Source of the DNA: Takakia lepidozioides
Lineage: Eukaryota > Plantae > Bryophyta
Length of the DNA: 64,000 nt
Direction of reading: 5' to 3'
NCBI GenBank assembly: GCA_030704615.1
Contig: CM060733.1
Span: forward strand, 47,244,001 to 47,308,000
Under the pieces are notes generated by a model. It was not told the origin of the DNA and ran no database searches. It worked only from the letters and a program-made list of their open reading frames with translations. The translations under genes were made by a program, and so were the position numbers. Each line of letters begins with the position of its first letter. The first letter of the stretch is position 1. Below, piece by piece: positions 1 through 10,900 of the stretch.

Positions 1-55
1 GTCTTCTTGTTTGACCCATAACCAATGTTAGGCATTTGTGTGGTGCCCATGAACA
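1..55 (-). pseudogene. RPL32: 60S ribosomal protein L32 fragment, copy 1 (runs off the window edge)
   Basis: Minus strand translates to MFMGTTQMPNIGYGSNKK, containing the RPL32 signature MPNIGYGSNKK. Confidence 0.8.
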
Positions 56-217
56 TATGAGGTTGAGCATGAACAGAGACGTCGTGCAAAGGGTGAGTTT
101 CCAATATCCTGCCACCCAAATTATATGTATTGCATTAGCTAATGTGAAAGGCATGGGGGGGGGGGGGGGGGGGGGGCACATGCTATAACTGGGAAGCGAA
201 CACCAAATGAACTTACT

Positions 218-640
218 CACATGTGAAATCGTCGTCGAGGTCCTTGTCGTCTCCCTCATTGATATCGACATGCACTACAGCCTCCTGCACTTTGGCGGCA
301 GGCATTGGCCCTTGCAACTCTTGGAGGCTCAGTAAAAATGGCTGCATCCCCTTCCATACCCAACAAATGCCGGCCCGCTGCCTTGCAAGCATGGTACGAA
401 GCTCCTGCAAGACACAGTTGTGTTACTAAGATGTTACAAATTGTGTATAAAGGGAAAAAAGACCACAGAAGGAGAGATGTCAAACGTGTTCCAAGAGTCA
501 GGTCGACGATGCACGCCCCCAGATGGGAACGTGTCTCAATAACAATTTGAATAAAAGTTGGACTCTTCTCCTTGGCCCCTCTCCATGGTGTTCCATTCAT
601 TTTTCTCAAACAGACATTCGAATCCACGTAATTGTTCAAA
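218..640 (-). pseudogene. N4/N6 (amino) DNA methyltransferase-like C-terminal region, copy 1
   Basis: PWRGAKEKSPTFIQIVIETRSHLGACIVDLTLGT, GT-AG intron 405-485, then ASYHACKAAGRHLLGMEGD; frameshifted afterwards. Paralog of 1710-2590. Confidence 0.6.
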
Positions 641-992
641 ACCGGAAGCTAATCTCAATGGAAGGACAGACAAAACATCGGGTACCAGACCCTCTGAAAT
701 TGAGCGCATCAATGCACTCAGTTGTGAAGGGTTTTGATTTGCCCAATGGAAGTAAGCGGGCCCTCTGAAACTGTGTGCGTCAACGCACTCAATTTTGGAG
801 GGCCACAAGTGGAAAATAAAAAAATGTGTTTTTTTTTTGGTTTTTTTTTTCCCCACTTGGGTTCTCCCTCGTTCCTTGCCTAGAACTGAGTGCGTCAACA
901 CACCCAATTTCTTCACTCATAAAAGAGCTCCGTAAACGCATATTGAAGTTTGAAAGACGTCTCTCACTGCTCAGACTTCCCGGACCTTTCGG

Positions 993-1110
993 TTCGAGGT
1001 TTTTCACATTGTGCAACAAAATTTTGACGAAACCACTTGGCAGCACATGCGTACTCTTACATTTTTTACCCATAACCAATGTTAGGCATCAGTGCCGTGC
1101 CCTTCATCTA
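993..1110 (-). pseudogene. RPL32: 60S ribosomal protein L32 fragment, copy 2 (stop and frameshift)
   Basis: MKGTALMPNIGYG* then, in a shifted frame, KSTHVLPSGFVKILLHNVKNLE, matching RPL32 ...RH.LP.GF.KF.VHNVKELE. Confidence 0.8.
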
Positions 1111-1709
1111 GCATTGAAGCCGATAGTGCACACCTACTGCAGCCATAAGGCTTGCACCTAAAACATTAGTTCATGCAAAAATGATAGAGTGATGCGAAAT
1201 GAAGACATAAATACAGACATAAGTCATATTTGCAAATGCATTCAAGCCTTGAAATTGAGGAACGAGCGTTCAACGACATTACTAGGATGTATGCAAGGAT
1301 TTTATTACATAAATGTGTGGGAACACAGTAGGTGCGGCACTTGCCACATGCCCAGAACCAAAACCGGACTACATTGACGCATGCTCTCAATCACTACAAA
1401 TATCCCCTGAAACTGTGGCACTATCATCCACGAAAACCCGAGCTCCTAGGTGCCTATTCTGCTTCCGAGCACACGGGGGAGATTTGTTCAACATCTGCTG
1501 TCGAGCAATGGCCTCAGCGTACTCTGGCAGTATGTACGAACGTGGAGGGCTGCACCAGAAGTCGGACTGGAAAACACAGACGTTGTGCAAAGGAACAGCT
1601 TCCAATATCCTGAAAACCAACGTGAACGCAATGCATCAGCGAACATAGAAGAAAAGGGAATGGTGGGGGCTGGAACGAAGATTCATACAGAATTTCAACT
1701 TACTCACAT

Positions 1710-2590
1710 GCGAAATCGTTGTCCAGGTCTTTGGATCGTCCCCTTCGCTGATATCCACATGCACTGTACCTTCTTGTTCCTGGACGACAGGGGCTGGCCC
1801 TTGCAAGCCTCCAATGATGTCATTGAAAATATCCGCATCCCCTTCCATACCAAACAAATGCCTGCCCCCAGCTTTGCAAGCATGGTACGAAGCGCCTGCA
1901 AGTCGATGTACTGTTAGCAAGATATAACAAACTCTGCAACAAGAAGAGAACACCAGAGATTGATCGGGATCAAACCTGTCCCAAGAGTGAGGTCCACGAT
2001 GAGCGACCCCGGATGAGAGCATGTCTCTATAAGTGTCTGAATAAAAGCTGGGCTCTTCTCCTTCGCCCCTCTCCATGGTGTGGAATTGGATTTTCTCAAA
2101 CACACATTAGAATCCACGTAGTTGTAGTGAATGTCGTCCACCACAGGATCAAACCTGTTGTTGATAAAACAGCCTCCCCCATGAAGCCTGAATTCCTTCA
2201 CTGACGCTGGAGTGGAAGCTGGGCGAATCGTGACGAGGCACACGGCTTAAAAAAGCGGGTCTGCTCAAAAAGACATCACGGATCAGATAAGATATGATTC
2301 AAAATCCAACTCAGATGAGGGCGATTTCACCCATCCAAAATTGAGTGCGTCAACGCACTCAATTCCGGAGGGGCCAAATTGCAAACAAATTGAAGCAGGA
2401 AAGAGAAGAAGGATTACCATTTGTCCCGGGCAGTCACCCTTTGTCAGGTACAGGCTGTTCACACCATTCCACGTTTTGATGATCTTCATCCCCGAGGCCT
2501 TCAGATAGCTTGAAATCTCCCGACGGCATTTCAGCTTTGCAATGTCATTCGTGAGGGCTGGTCGGACGAACGGCATGGAGATCAACCTGT
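1710..2590 (-). pseudogene. Intron-containing N4/N6 DNA methyltransferase-like gene (SAM-binding half), copy 2
   Basis: Removing the GT-AG intron 1896-1975 (CTAAC branch point present) gives EKSPAFIQTLIETCSHPGSLIVDLTLGTGASYHACKAGGRHLFGMEGD. This resembles the N6_N4_Mtase pattern EKP..L...I...S.PG..V.DPF.GSG.T..AC...GR..IG.E.D. Further probable exons at 1976-2260 and 2419-2588. No DPPY/SPPY motif seen. Confidence 0.65.
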
Positions 2591-3029
2591 AGAGTGGGAT
2601 CATTAATTTATGACTTGGGTTGAGTTCACTTTCGAGAAGGACAACAGATCTTTTGCCCTATCCTGGTATGGCTTGCCATCGTCTTCCTCCTCAACAACAA
2701 CAAGTTTGTGGTCTTCATCTTCATCCTGCACCAGGGGAGCACCTCTCCTTTTCTTCGCCTGCATTCAAAAAGAAACATTCTCCATGTAAAAGCAGTGTCA
2801 CATATTGGGGGCTGCTATTTCATGAGCGGCATGAGCATGAGCGGAAAAAAAAAAAAAACATGAGCAGACCATTGTGAGTCCACAGAAATAGGGTTAGGAG
2901 GCACGGAAATAGGGTCATGTGAAGTTGGAATGTGGCACCAGTGGACTTGAAATGCAACATTTTATTGCAAATTTTGTGGCAAGCCACGTCTATACAAGTG
3001 TGTTCTAACTGTCATAGCCGGAATGGGCA

Positions 3030-4150
3030 CTACTCTCCTACACCCTCCGAGGAACTTGCCCCACCTTCTTCCTCATCCCCCTCATCCCCCTCATCCTCCG
3101 AGCTCTGTGATGCATCAGTTCCACTATGCCTCTCAAAAATCCCGTCCTCTCCTTGGGGGACTGTCCACCTCACCTCCTGGGAATCTTCTGCGTCTTCTCC
3201 CCCACTTTCCTCAGCAGAATCCAAGACAAATCTACGAGCCCGACGGGCTCTAATAGCTGCTGCCTCCTCCCTCATCTTCATTTTCTTGAGGCTTGCCTCG
3301 TCTAAAATCTGCTGTACACGACTACGTTCGGAACACCTCCTAATGGACACCGAAGCAAGCCGGGCAGCATAAGTAGGAAGGATGTACTCCCTTTCTGAAC
3401 TAGGCATGAAATCCCCCCTGGCAAAAAAAGGCACGTTCCTCCTGCCCATGAACTCCGGTGTAGACGTCCCTCCGGCAGTACTTGGCATCCTACAGTAAGA
3501 ACAAATCCACTTCAAGAATGTCAATACCAGCACAACCACAAAGGGTTTTCAATGAAATAAGATAGCGGAGGGAGGTGCCTCACGAAATCTGGAGGCAACT
3601 TACAATGCCACCACTCACTCGTAAACCGGGGGCTCCTCGGCCTCGATCCCAACTTCCTCCCCCTGCTCCTTCTCGAATTTTTCCTCATCCTCTGAGGATG
3701 CCTCTTCCTCTTTCGGCAGACGTTCAGCCGCTGCAAGTTCGGAGTTGTGGAGGGCAGTATCTGGCTCGAAGGCGAACACATGCCTGTGCAAAAACCAGCA
3801 TCGCAACGAGCAGCGCAACCACCATAGCAACAATCTTGTAGCAAAAATGAAAACATAACAAGTTTAGGAAGTATGGAGAGCCATGCAACAACAATGAAAA
3901 CAAATGCAACCATTGCCTGAGAATGACATGCACAAGCAGCCTTCTCCAGAGCTGCCGGATTTGCACACGCGTTGCAAACAATCTAAGGTTCACTCAACTA
4001 TCTAAAGTTCACTCATCCAGCGAAGCCAGGATGAAGATGCAAAAACAAAGCGAGGTAACAATGCGAAAGCAAAAAAGAAATCGAACAAACCGAAAGCAGA
4101 AGTGGCTTACCTGAGAGTACTCGGCTTCAGTTGGCGCGGGTTGGGGGGCT
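3030..4150 (-). pseudogene. Acidic, low-complexity multi-exon ORF remnants (probable CACTA cargo gene, unknown function)
   Basis: ORFs 3030-3539 and 3615-3833 are E/D-rich and bounded by plausible splice sites. No family recognised. Confidence 0.35.
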
Positions 4151-4560
4151 ACTCGCCGGGTCGACACTCTTGCCCCTGGTCTGTACCGGCTTGTCGACAA
4201 TATCACCTTTGTTTGTCACAAGTTCCTGTGTCACAGACTAGAGAACAACCAAGAAAGCAATGAGCAAACATGAATAGTGAATAGAAAACAAAATCCAAGT
4301 ATGAATCAAACAAAAAAAAACCAACATGAAAACTGCAAAGAAAACCTAGCATTAATCAAGCAACCGAGGAGAAGCATCCAGGAAAGCAATGCAATGAATG
4401 AACCCACAAAACTTGTAGCCTCTGGAGCACTGTCAGAATGTTTGTACCTTCACAGTAGCAGTGTTGTATGGTTGTTGTCCGAAAACAGGCTGAGACTCCA
4501 AAAACTTGGGAATACTGGCAGCTTTCGATGCCTTCCACAAGAAAGGCCACAACACCTCTG

Positions 4561-5625
4561 TTAGATACTCATCAGTTGGTGAATCTGGTTGCACTTTCCA
4601 TGGCTCTGGAAAAATCCCACTGAAGGGAGGATTGTTTGCCGCCTTTCTTGGTGTGTCGTCAACAAGAACAGTGTCCTCATAAGTCCATTCTGGCCAGTCT
4701 GCCTACATTCTAGACAAGTTCTTGAAATATAATGGCTTTGAACAGACCCCTTACGGCATGGGAGGACTGGATCCTCGTCACAGTGAAGGGCATCCCACTG
4801 GAAAACCAGCTTAGTGTGGGCTGCAAAAATATAGTCCACCATTGGGAAGAAGTTGCGAGCTTGGCAACAAGACCACACCGCCACCTCAAAGTGTTCAAAA
4901 CACTTTTGCAAAAAGTCATAACAGCGTGGTCTCAAAACTACCATCTTCTTGTCACACATCTTCCCCACAAAACCTTTGGGAAGGGATGCAGGCCCATTAG
5001 CAGAATGAAAAGATTCACATAACAGACCATTTAAGTCCAAAATTAGTAAATGCTTCCTCGCTGGTCCAGGAAGTAAACTGTCATTTGGCTTCAACATGTG
5101 AACAAGAGAAATTAAAGCAACATGTTTGTTTGTTTTGTCCCCGTCTGCATCTTCCTCCCCATTTGAACTCCCACATACCTGCATACCAGAATCCGGTGTG
5201 CCAGGCGGCTCTGTCACCATTGCCCCCTGGACTGCTACTGCCTTTGTACGTGGCAAGGGCTGAATTTCCACGTGTACCTCACAGCTCGCCTTCCCTGTAT
5301 CCTGCTGCTGCTCGGTCAAATTCAAAAGATCATCAGTGACAGGAAGACATAAGGGCTTAGAGTAAGCACCAGTTACCGTCTGAAATTGGGATTCCAAACA
5401 ATTTGATACTGTCACAGCAGACGCATCCATCGTAGATATCATTGGTCCTAGGCCTGGTAGATTAATCCCCAATCTGGCCACAATGGCTTTCTGGTACTCA
5501 ATCATGCTCTGCATCTGTAATTTTAAGTCTGCCATGTCACGTCCTTGTGATTCCACCAGTTTGTCCAAGCCATCCATCCTGCCAACTACTGTAGAATATA
5601 CGAGACTTCCCTCCTGCCAATCCAT
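4561..5625 (-). pseudogene. Coiled coil plus FCP1/NIF (HAD-fold) phosphatase-like domain; likely 3' part of the TnpA-like gene
   Basis: KHLLILDLNGLL...LRPRCYDFLQKCFEHFEVAVWS...LVFQWD..HC. After a frameshift near 4735 it continues KPLYFKNL...TVLVDDTPRKAANNPPFSGIFP, with one stop. Confidence 0.75.
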
Positions 5626-5980
5626 GAAAACTTGCCCAAGTATGAATCAAACAAAAAAAACCTAGCATGAACAACGACTGGAAAGAAAACCCAGGCCAAA
5701 AGCCTTGAAAAAAACCCTAGCAACCTATGATGCAGCAACCACTCTAGCAAACGTGGAAAACACACTTATCCGCCTGTCACTCCCAGTTGACAACCGTGAC
5801 ACTGAACCCTCTTGAATTTCATATAATATAGGAGGGCACCCTGATAGGGTTTCCTGCAAATTAATTAATCCATGCCACAAACAAACCCATGCCACAAGTC
5901 AGTAAGCAATGTGAGGGCTGACTATATACACATAGCAATTCAATGAGGAACAAAATACAGAGTCATGATGATGTCACTTA

Positions 5981-6498
5981 CCAAGTGTGCTTCCACCATT
6001 GCCTTCCCACCACGGCCAGTCTTGATAGGATTCTGAATTGCACCATTTGTCTTCTTCATGTTGCCCGACACTTTGTGGAACACCTTTGTCTGCCAGTAAC
6101 TTACAAGCTTGTTTCATACCTCGTCAGATGCAGTAATGGGTTTCCCCTTACCACCCAACCACGCAGTGTGTGCTTCATAACGCTGGCTCTTCATTATTTT
6201 GCCAATTGTTTGTTTTAGGTGGAAGTCGTTAACTTGTGTGGCGTATATGAAAATAGCTTAGCCAGGTGATCTCTGATTTCGTATACAAGTTCATCAGGTT
6301 GGTTGTTGATGACAAGGGAACAATCTAGCTTGCGATAAGCGTGCCATATATTCCGGGTCTGACCATACGGGGCTCCTTTGAGGTTCGTCACAATCACCGT
6401 GGGAGGAAGACCTGCAGCTATTCTCTCTTCCTTCACCTTGGCAGCTTCAATTTTGGCTGAGCTATTAGCCCTCCTTAAAGCATTGGTTCTATCATTCT
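5981..6498 (-). pseudogene. TnpA-like (Transposase_24/Ptta-EnSpm-like) exon, 3' piece of the split gene
   Basis: Shifted frame gives NKLVSYWQTKVFHKVSGNMKKTNGAIQNPIKTGRGGKAMVEAHL, similar to the W..LV..W...S....K....GR.G pattern. Joins in frame to 33402+ when the 6499-33401 insertion is removed. Confidence 0.55.
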
Positions 6499-6969
6499 AA
6501 CACTATTTTAATTAATTCTGGACTTTTGGCTTAAATCTGGACTAAACTTAATATATATTTGTATTAAAATTAATTGAAATATTAATAATATCATGGTGTA
6601 ATGTGTGATTGAACTTTGTGAAATTTCAGGTGATGTCATACTTGTTTCAAAATGTGTCATATAAGAGGTCCATTTGACATTGAAGTGCTCAATGTGAAGT
6701 AGCAGTATTGAACAATTCATTGAACGTCCACTTGGAAGTCGAATAAAGTAAAATTCCATTGCATGATCATGATAAACAAATGGGTCGCATCGAACATGGG
6801 CCAAACTCGTACTCTACCATACTCGATACAACTTGCTAGTAATTTTATTGATTCAAGAATCTTCATATGAAGCACAATGTTCACATACCACGCCATTGGA
6901 ATGAATCATGTTTTGGATCTGACAAGACAATAAAATATTAGAATAGGATGAAACATTCGGAAGAGGTAC

Positions 6970-8640
6970 TAGGGTAGTACAATAAGGTTTGGGGTGTAAC
7001 TAGAGAGAAGTGTAATAAGGTTTGGGTTTACAGTAAGGGTAAGGGTTTAGGGTTTGGATTTAGGATACAAAAAGACAAACAAATATGATGGACTCACACT
7101 CGGTAGAATTAAGAAATGGTTGAGGAATTTGATATCCCTGTAATCATTCTATCATACCTTATCCAACAAAAGAAAATATTAAAAGAGCATGAAACATTGA
7201 GAAGCGGTAACATGGTAGTACAATAAGGTTTGGAGTGTAACTAGGATAGTACACTAAAGTTATTGGTTTATGGTAAGATTAATGGTTTAGGGGTGATGGT
7301 AAAGGTAGGGTTTTCGGTTTGGGTTTAAGAACACTATTGGACAAACAAATATGGAAGACTCACAGTCGCTAGAACTTGGTGTGTGTTAGTAGGATATTAA
7401 AATAAAAATAAAATGGAGAAACAAATATTATGGAAGAGTCATTGGGCCGGAGAAGTATTTAGATTGAGGATTCGTCCTTGGAACCTGGTATTAAGATACA
7501 TATGGTTATGGTATGGATACTTCATTCCCATTTGCAGGGGAAGGGTAAGGGTTTAGACGTAACAATGGCGTAGGGTTCTGTTTAGGGTTCCCGACGAGGG
7601 TTTAGGGTTTGGGTTGAAGGCAGAAATGGTGAGCATACATGCCGAAAGACTCGCACTTGCTACAACTTAGTGTTGTTAATAAGGTAGTACTAAGCAAAAT
7701 AAAAATGAAGAACCTAATATTATGGAAGTGTAGTCATTGCATCGGACAAGTATTTAAATGAAAGACTTGTCCTTGGAACTTGGTATTAAGATACATAGAA
7801 AGCAAAGTTCGATAAAAAAAATGTAAGTGCATGTCAATCCAAACCAAAGGCAAAACCTTGCGCAAGGTGAAGGGCGAAGAGATTTGAATAACCATAAATA
7901 GTTACGGTTATGGTATGGATACTTCATTCCCAGTTGCAGGGGAAGGGTAAGGGTTTAGACGTAATAATGGCGTAGGGTTTTCCTTAGGGTTTTCGACGAG
8001 GGTTTAGGGCTTGGGTTGAAGGCACAAATGGTGAGCATACATGCCGGAAGACTCGCACTTGCTACAACTTAGTGTGTGTTAGTATGGTACAAAATGGAAA
8101 TTTGGTTACATTGAAGAGATTTGGATAATTAAAATGGTTATGGTTATGGTATGGATAGTTGATTCCCATTTGCAAAGGGAAGGGAAAGGGTTCTAGGGTA
8201 TTGGGTTAAGAGTAAATGTTTAGGGTTTTCTAGTAAGGGTTTAGGGTTTTTGTTTAAGTTACAAAATAGACAAACACTTATAGAAAACTCCAGACTTCGC
8301 TAGAATTTAGTGTTGTTAGTAGGGTACTAGTAAGCAAAAAAAAATGAAGAACCTAATATTATGGACAAGTATTTAAATGAAAGACTCGTCGTTGGAACCT
8401 GGACCTAGTATTAAGATGTAACATAGAAAGCAAACTGTAACATGCCTAAATGCATGTCAATCCAAAACAAAGGAAAAAGCTAGCGCAAATGTGAAGGGAG
8501 AAGATATTTCAATAACCATAACGGTTATGGCTATGGCTATGGTTATGGTATGAATAGTTCATGGGCCATTTGCAGAGAAGGGTAAGGGTTAGGGGTAATG
8601 CTAACAAAAAAAACAAGGTACTATAAAAAAGGTATGTCAA
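6970..8640 (+). repeat. Degenerate tandem repeats of a few hundred bp, rich in TTTAGGG/TAGGGTTT motifs
   Basis: 7503-7680 is nearly identical to 7905-8080. Recurring GGGTTTAGGG, GGTTATGGTATGG and GAAGGGTAAGGGTT blocks. Confidence 0.75.
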
Positions 8641-8861
8641 TCCTAAATCCTAAATTGCCAAAAAAATAAAAATATACACTATGAGATTTGGAAAGAAAAT
8701 GGCGTTATATAACGACTTTTGGGAAGCGCCTGGATCTCATGGGAGAAAATGGATCTGAAGAAAACATCAGAGAGGATAAAAAGTCAGACCACCAAATAAA
8801 AACTATGAGAAATAAAAATTGCTTAAAATTTGAACAACGGAAAAGGACATGTGAAATTCCC

Positions 8862-9392
8862 TGTCGTGCGCATACATATCGCTACACAACTACATCGCTG
8901 TCCAAACCACACCACATATATATGCACAATAAAGTAGTCTGCCACAATGATAAGAAAGCTTGAAAGGACACACACTCTCAACACAAGAAATATGAAATCC
9001 CTCAACATCACTCGTTAAAACAGAAGTCGAGCCAGGGGCACCCCAAGCTGTGGGGACTCCACCCCACAACAACCTACACTCCCATCATGAGCACACTCAG
9101 TCCTAAACGATGCAGGAGCTCGATCGCGCAGGCTCAACTCGAGAGAGATGAGCCACGCGACTGCCGCTCTCGTGAAGATAAGGCCGTTCAGGTGTCAAAC
9201 TAAACTTGACACCTGATTTAACACTTGACCTTAATCCAAGTGTTAAATACAAATAACTAGCTTTATTCTAGTTGTTTTCACACTGTGCTTATTTAACTTG
9301 ACAGCTGTCGTGCGCATACATATCGCTACACAACTACATCGCTGTCCAAACCATACCACATATATATGCACAATAAAGTAGTCTGCCACAAT
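8862..9392 (-). repeat. 3' terminal block of element 1 (sense Z-gc-X-Y-Z)
   Basis: 87-bp direct repeat Z at 8862-8948 and 9306-9392 (1 mismatch). X 9138-9303 is directly repeated at 20237-20402. Y 8948-9153 is repeated inverted at 20031-20236. GC spacer at 9304-9305. Confidence 0.95.
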
Positions 9393-9402
9393 CGCCCCCC
9401 TA
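9393..9402 (-). promoter_or_regulatory. Polypurine-tract-like motif directly upstream of the internal Z copy
   Basis: Sense AGGGGGGCG then ATTGTGGC. Element 2 has AGGGGGGTG then ATTGTGGC at the same position (about 23246-23255). Confidence 0.65.
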
Positions 9403-9650
9403 GCTGGTGGGTAGGTCCCTCTACCTCCAGATAGGTACAAGATGTAATAGCCACAGCCGTACTAAGTCCTCTATCACTGCCCCTATTGCACTCAAACTCT
9501 ATAGACCAAGAGGCCGGGTACAAGAGTAGCCCCATCGTTAGTCGCCATCTTGCAATCTGTGAACTTGAGCCAGGACCTCGTGTGTTCAAGGTCTCCTAGT
9601 AGCTGGGCCTTGCGTTTCTTGTTAGCCTTCCATGGTTGTATCCACTCCCA

Positions 9651-9800
9651 CTATCCAATGCAATGTGGACATAACCAATCCCCATCCGGAACCATCTCAA
9701 GAGGTGGAGTCAAGCATCCCATATGCCAACCTCTAGAGCATCGATCACACACCAGCATGGTGGCTGCCCCTTTAGCAGACCCACACAACATGCACCTCAA
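9651..9800 (-). pseudogene. PHD finger at the integrase C-terminus (element 1)
   Basis: CMLC...MLVCDRCSRGWHMGCLTPPLEMVPDGDWLCPHC, a C4HC3 pattern. Confidence 0.92.
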
Positions 9801-9941
9801 ACCTGCAGATACCACTGCCAGGTTTGGGTCAATCCTGCCATCGACATTCGGAAGGTGACATGGCGCACAATTACGCACATGGTCCTTCCAAGTTATGCCA
9901 TCCCGACCCTCCAAGACCAAGACGCCTGAAGGCAAGACCTC

Positions 9942-10900
9942 TCAAACCCTCAAAATAACACGTCCTGCAGTCACATCCAGGGTCGTAGGAGCAGTCTGCT
10001 GCAGATAGACATAGTCACCAGGGTTGAATCTCCGAACCCCAGGACGATAGCCCCCACCACATATGGTAGCATACCTCAACGTATCACGGTGTTGTGCAAT
10101 GGCAAGGTTCTCGAAAGCCATGGGCATGACTCTCTTGAACAACTCTGCACGCTGCTCACATGCACGTGCCCACACGTTCGGATCGTCAAGGTTAAGAACT
10201 GTAGCAGCTTCTCTGCGAATGGATGTAGGCAAATCCGGCTCTCGGCCAAAGAGAAGAAAGTATGGTGAGAAGGAGGCAAGTGATGCTTGCTTGCTGAACC
10301 TGTAGCCCATGGCTAACCAGGGTAACTGAAGGTCCCAATCTCCTAGGTGTCCCTTCTGCAAGCCATACTTGCGCAAACCCCTCTTTACTGTCTGAACAAC
10401 TCTCTCTGCCAAGCCATCGGCCTCAGGATGATCCCGAGAAGTGGTGCGGTGGTCTATCAAGGCCTTGTCACACAAAACCTGAAACTCCCCCAAGAACTCT
10501 CTCCCTTGGTCCGTGAGTACCTCAGCTGGAGCACCGAATCGGCTAAGCACACAATCCAAGAATGCATATGCAGCTCCCTCACTAGCCTTATCAGGCAATG
10601 GAACCAATTCAATCCACTTGGAGAAGTGCTCCACCATCACCAACACGTACTTGTTGTGGCGCATGGTCAGTGGCAATGGCCCTGCGAAGTCAAGACTCCA
10701 CCTGTAGCCCAATCCCATGATCGGAAGAGGGTGCAATTGTGGAGTAAGGGCGTTGAATGAAGCACGCACCCTGTCATACACCATGCACCTAGCCACAAAT
10801 TGTTGCACCTATGTGTGCATACCACGCCACCAATACTGCCCCTGCAGTAGACTATGAGTGCGTCGCACCCCAAAATGCCCCAACTCCTCATGGGCATGCC
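9942..10900 (-). pseudogene. DDE integrase (element 1)
   Basis: HEELGHFG zinc-binding region; WSLDFAGP, LTDQGREF and ADGLAER catalytic triad; SPYFLLFGR. In-frame stops at 10809 and 9942. Confidence 0.95.

Noticed and set aside
155-176. Poly-G run as a functional G-quadruplex
   Set aside because: It is a simple homopolymer in an intron of a decayed duplicate and is absent from the paralogous copy.
8677-8690. CACTATGAG as the left end of the CACTA element
   Set aside because: It does not match the right TIR (CACTACAAGAG), is not preceded by ACG, and lies inside another insertion. It may be an orphan end of a different element.
8862-9392. Z duplication as an assembly error or a solo LTR inserted into an LTR
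   Set aside because: The same arrangement, Z length and GC spacer occur in the diverged element 2, and there is no TSD around the inner unit.
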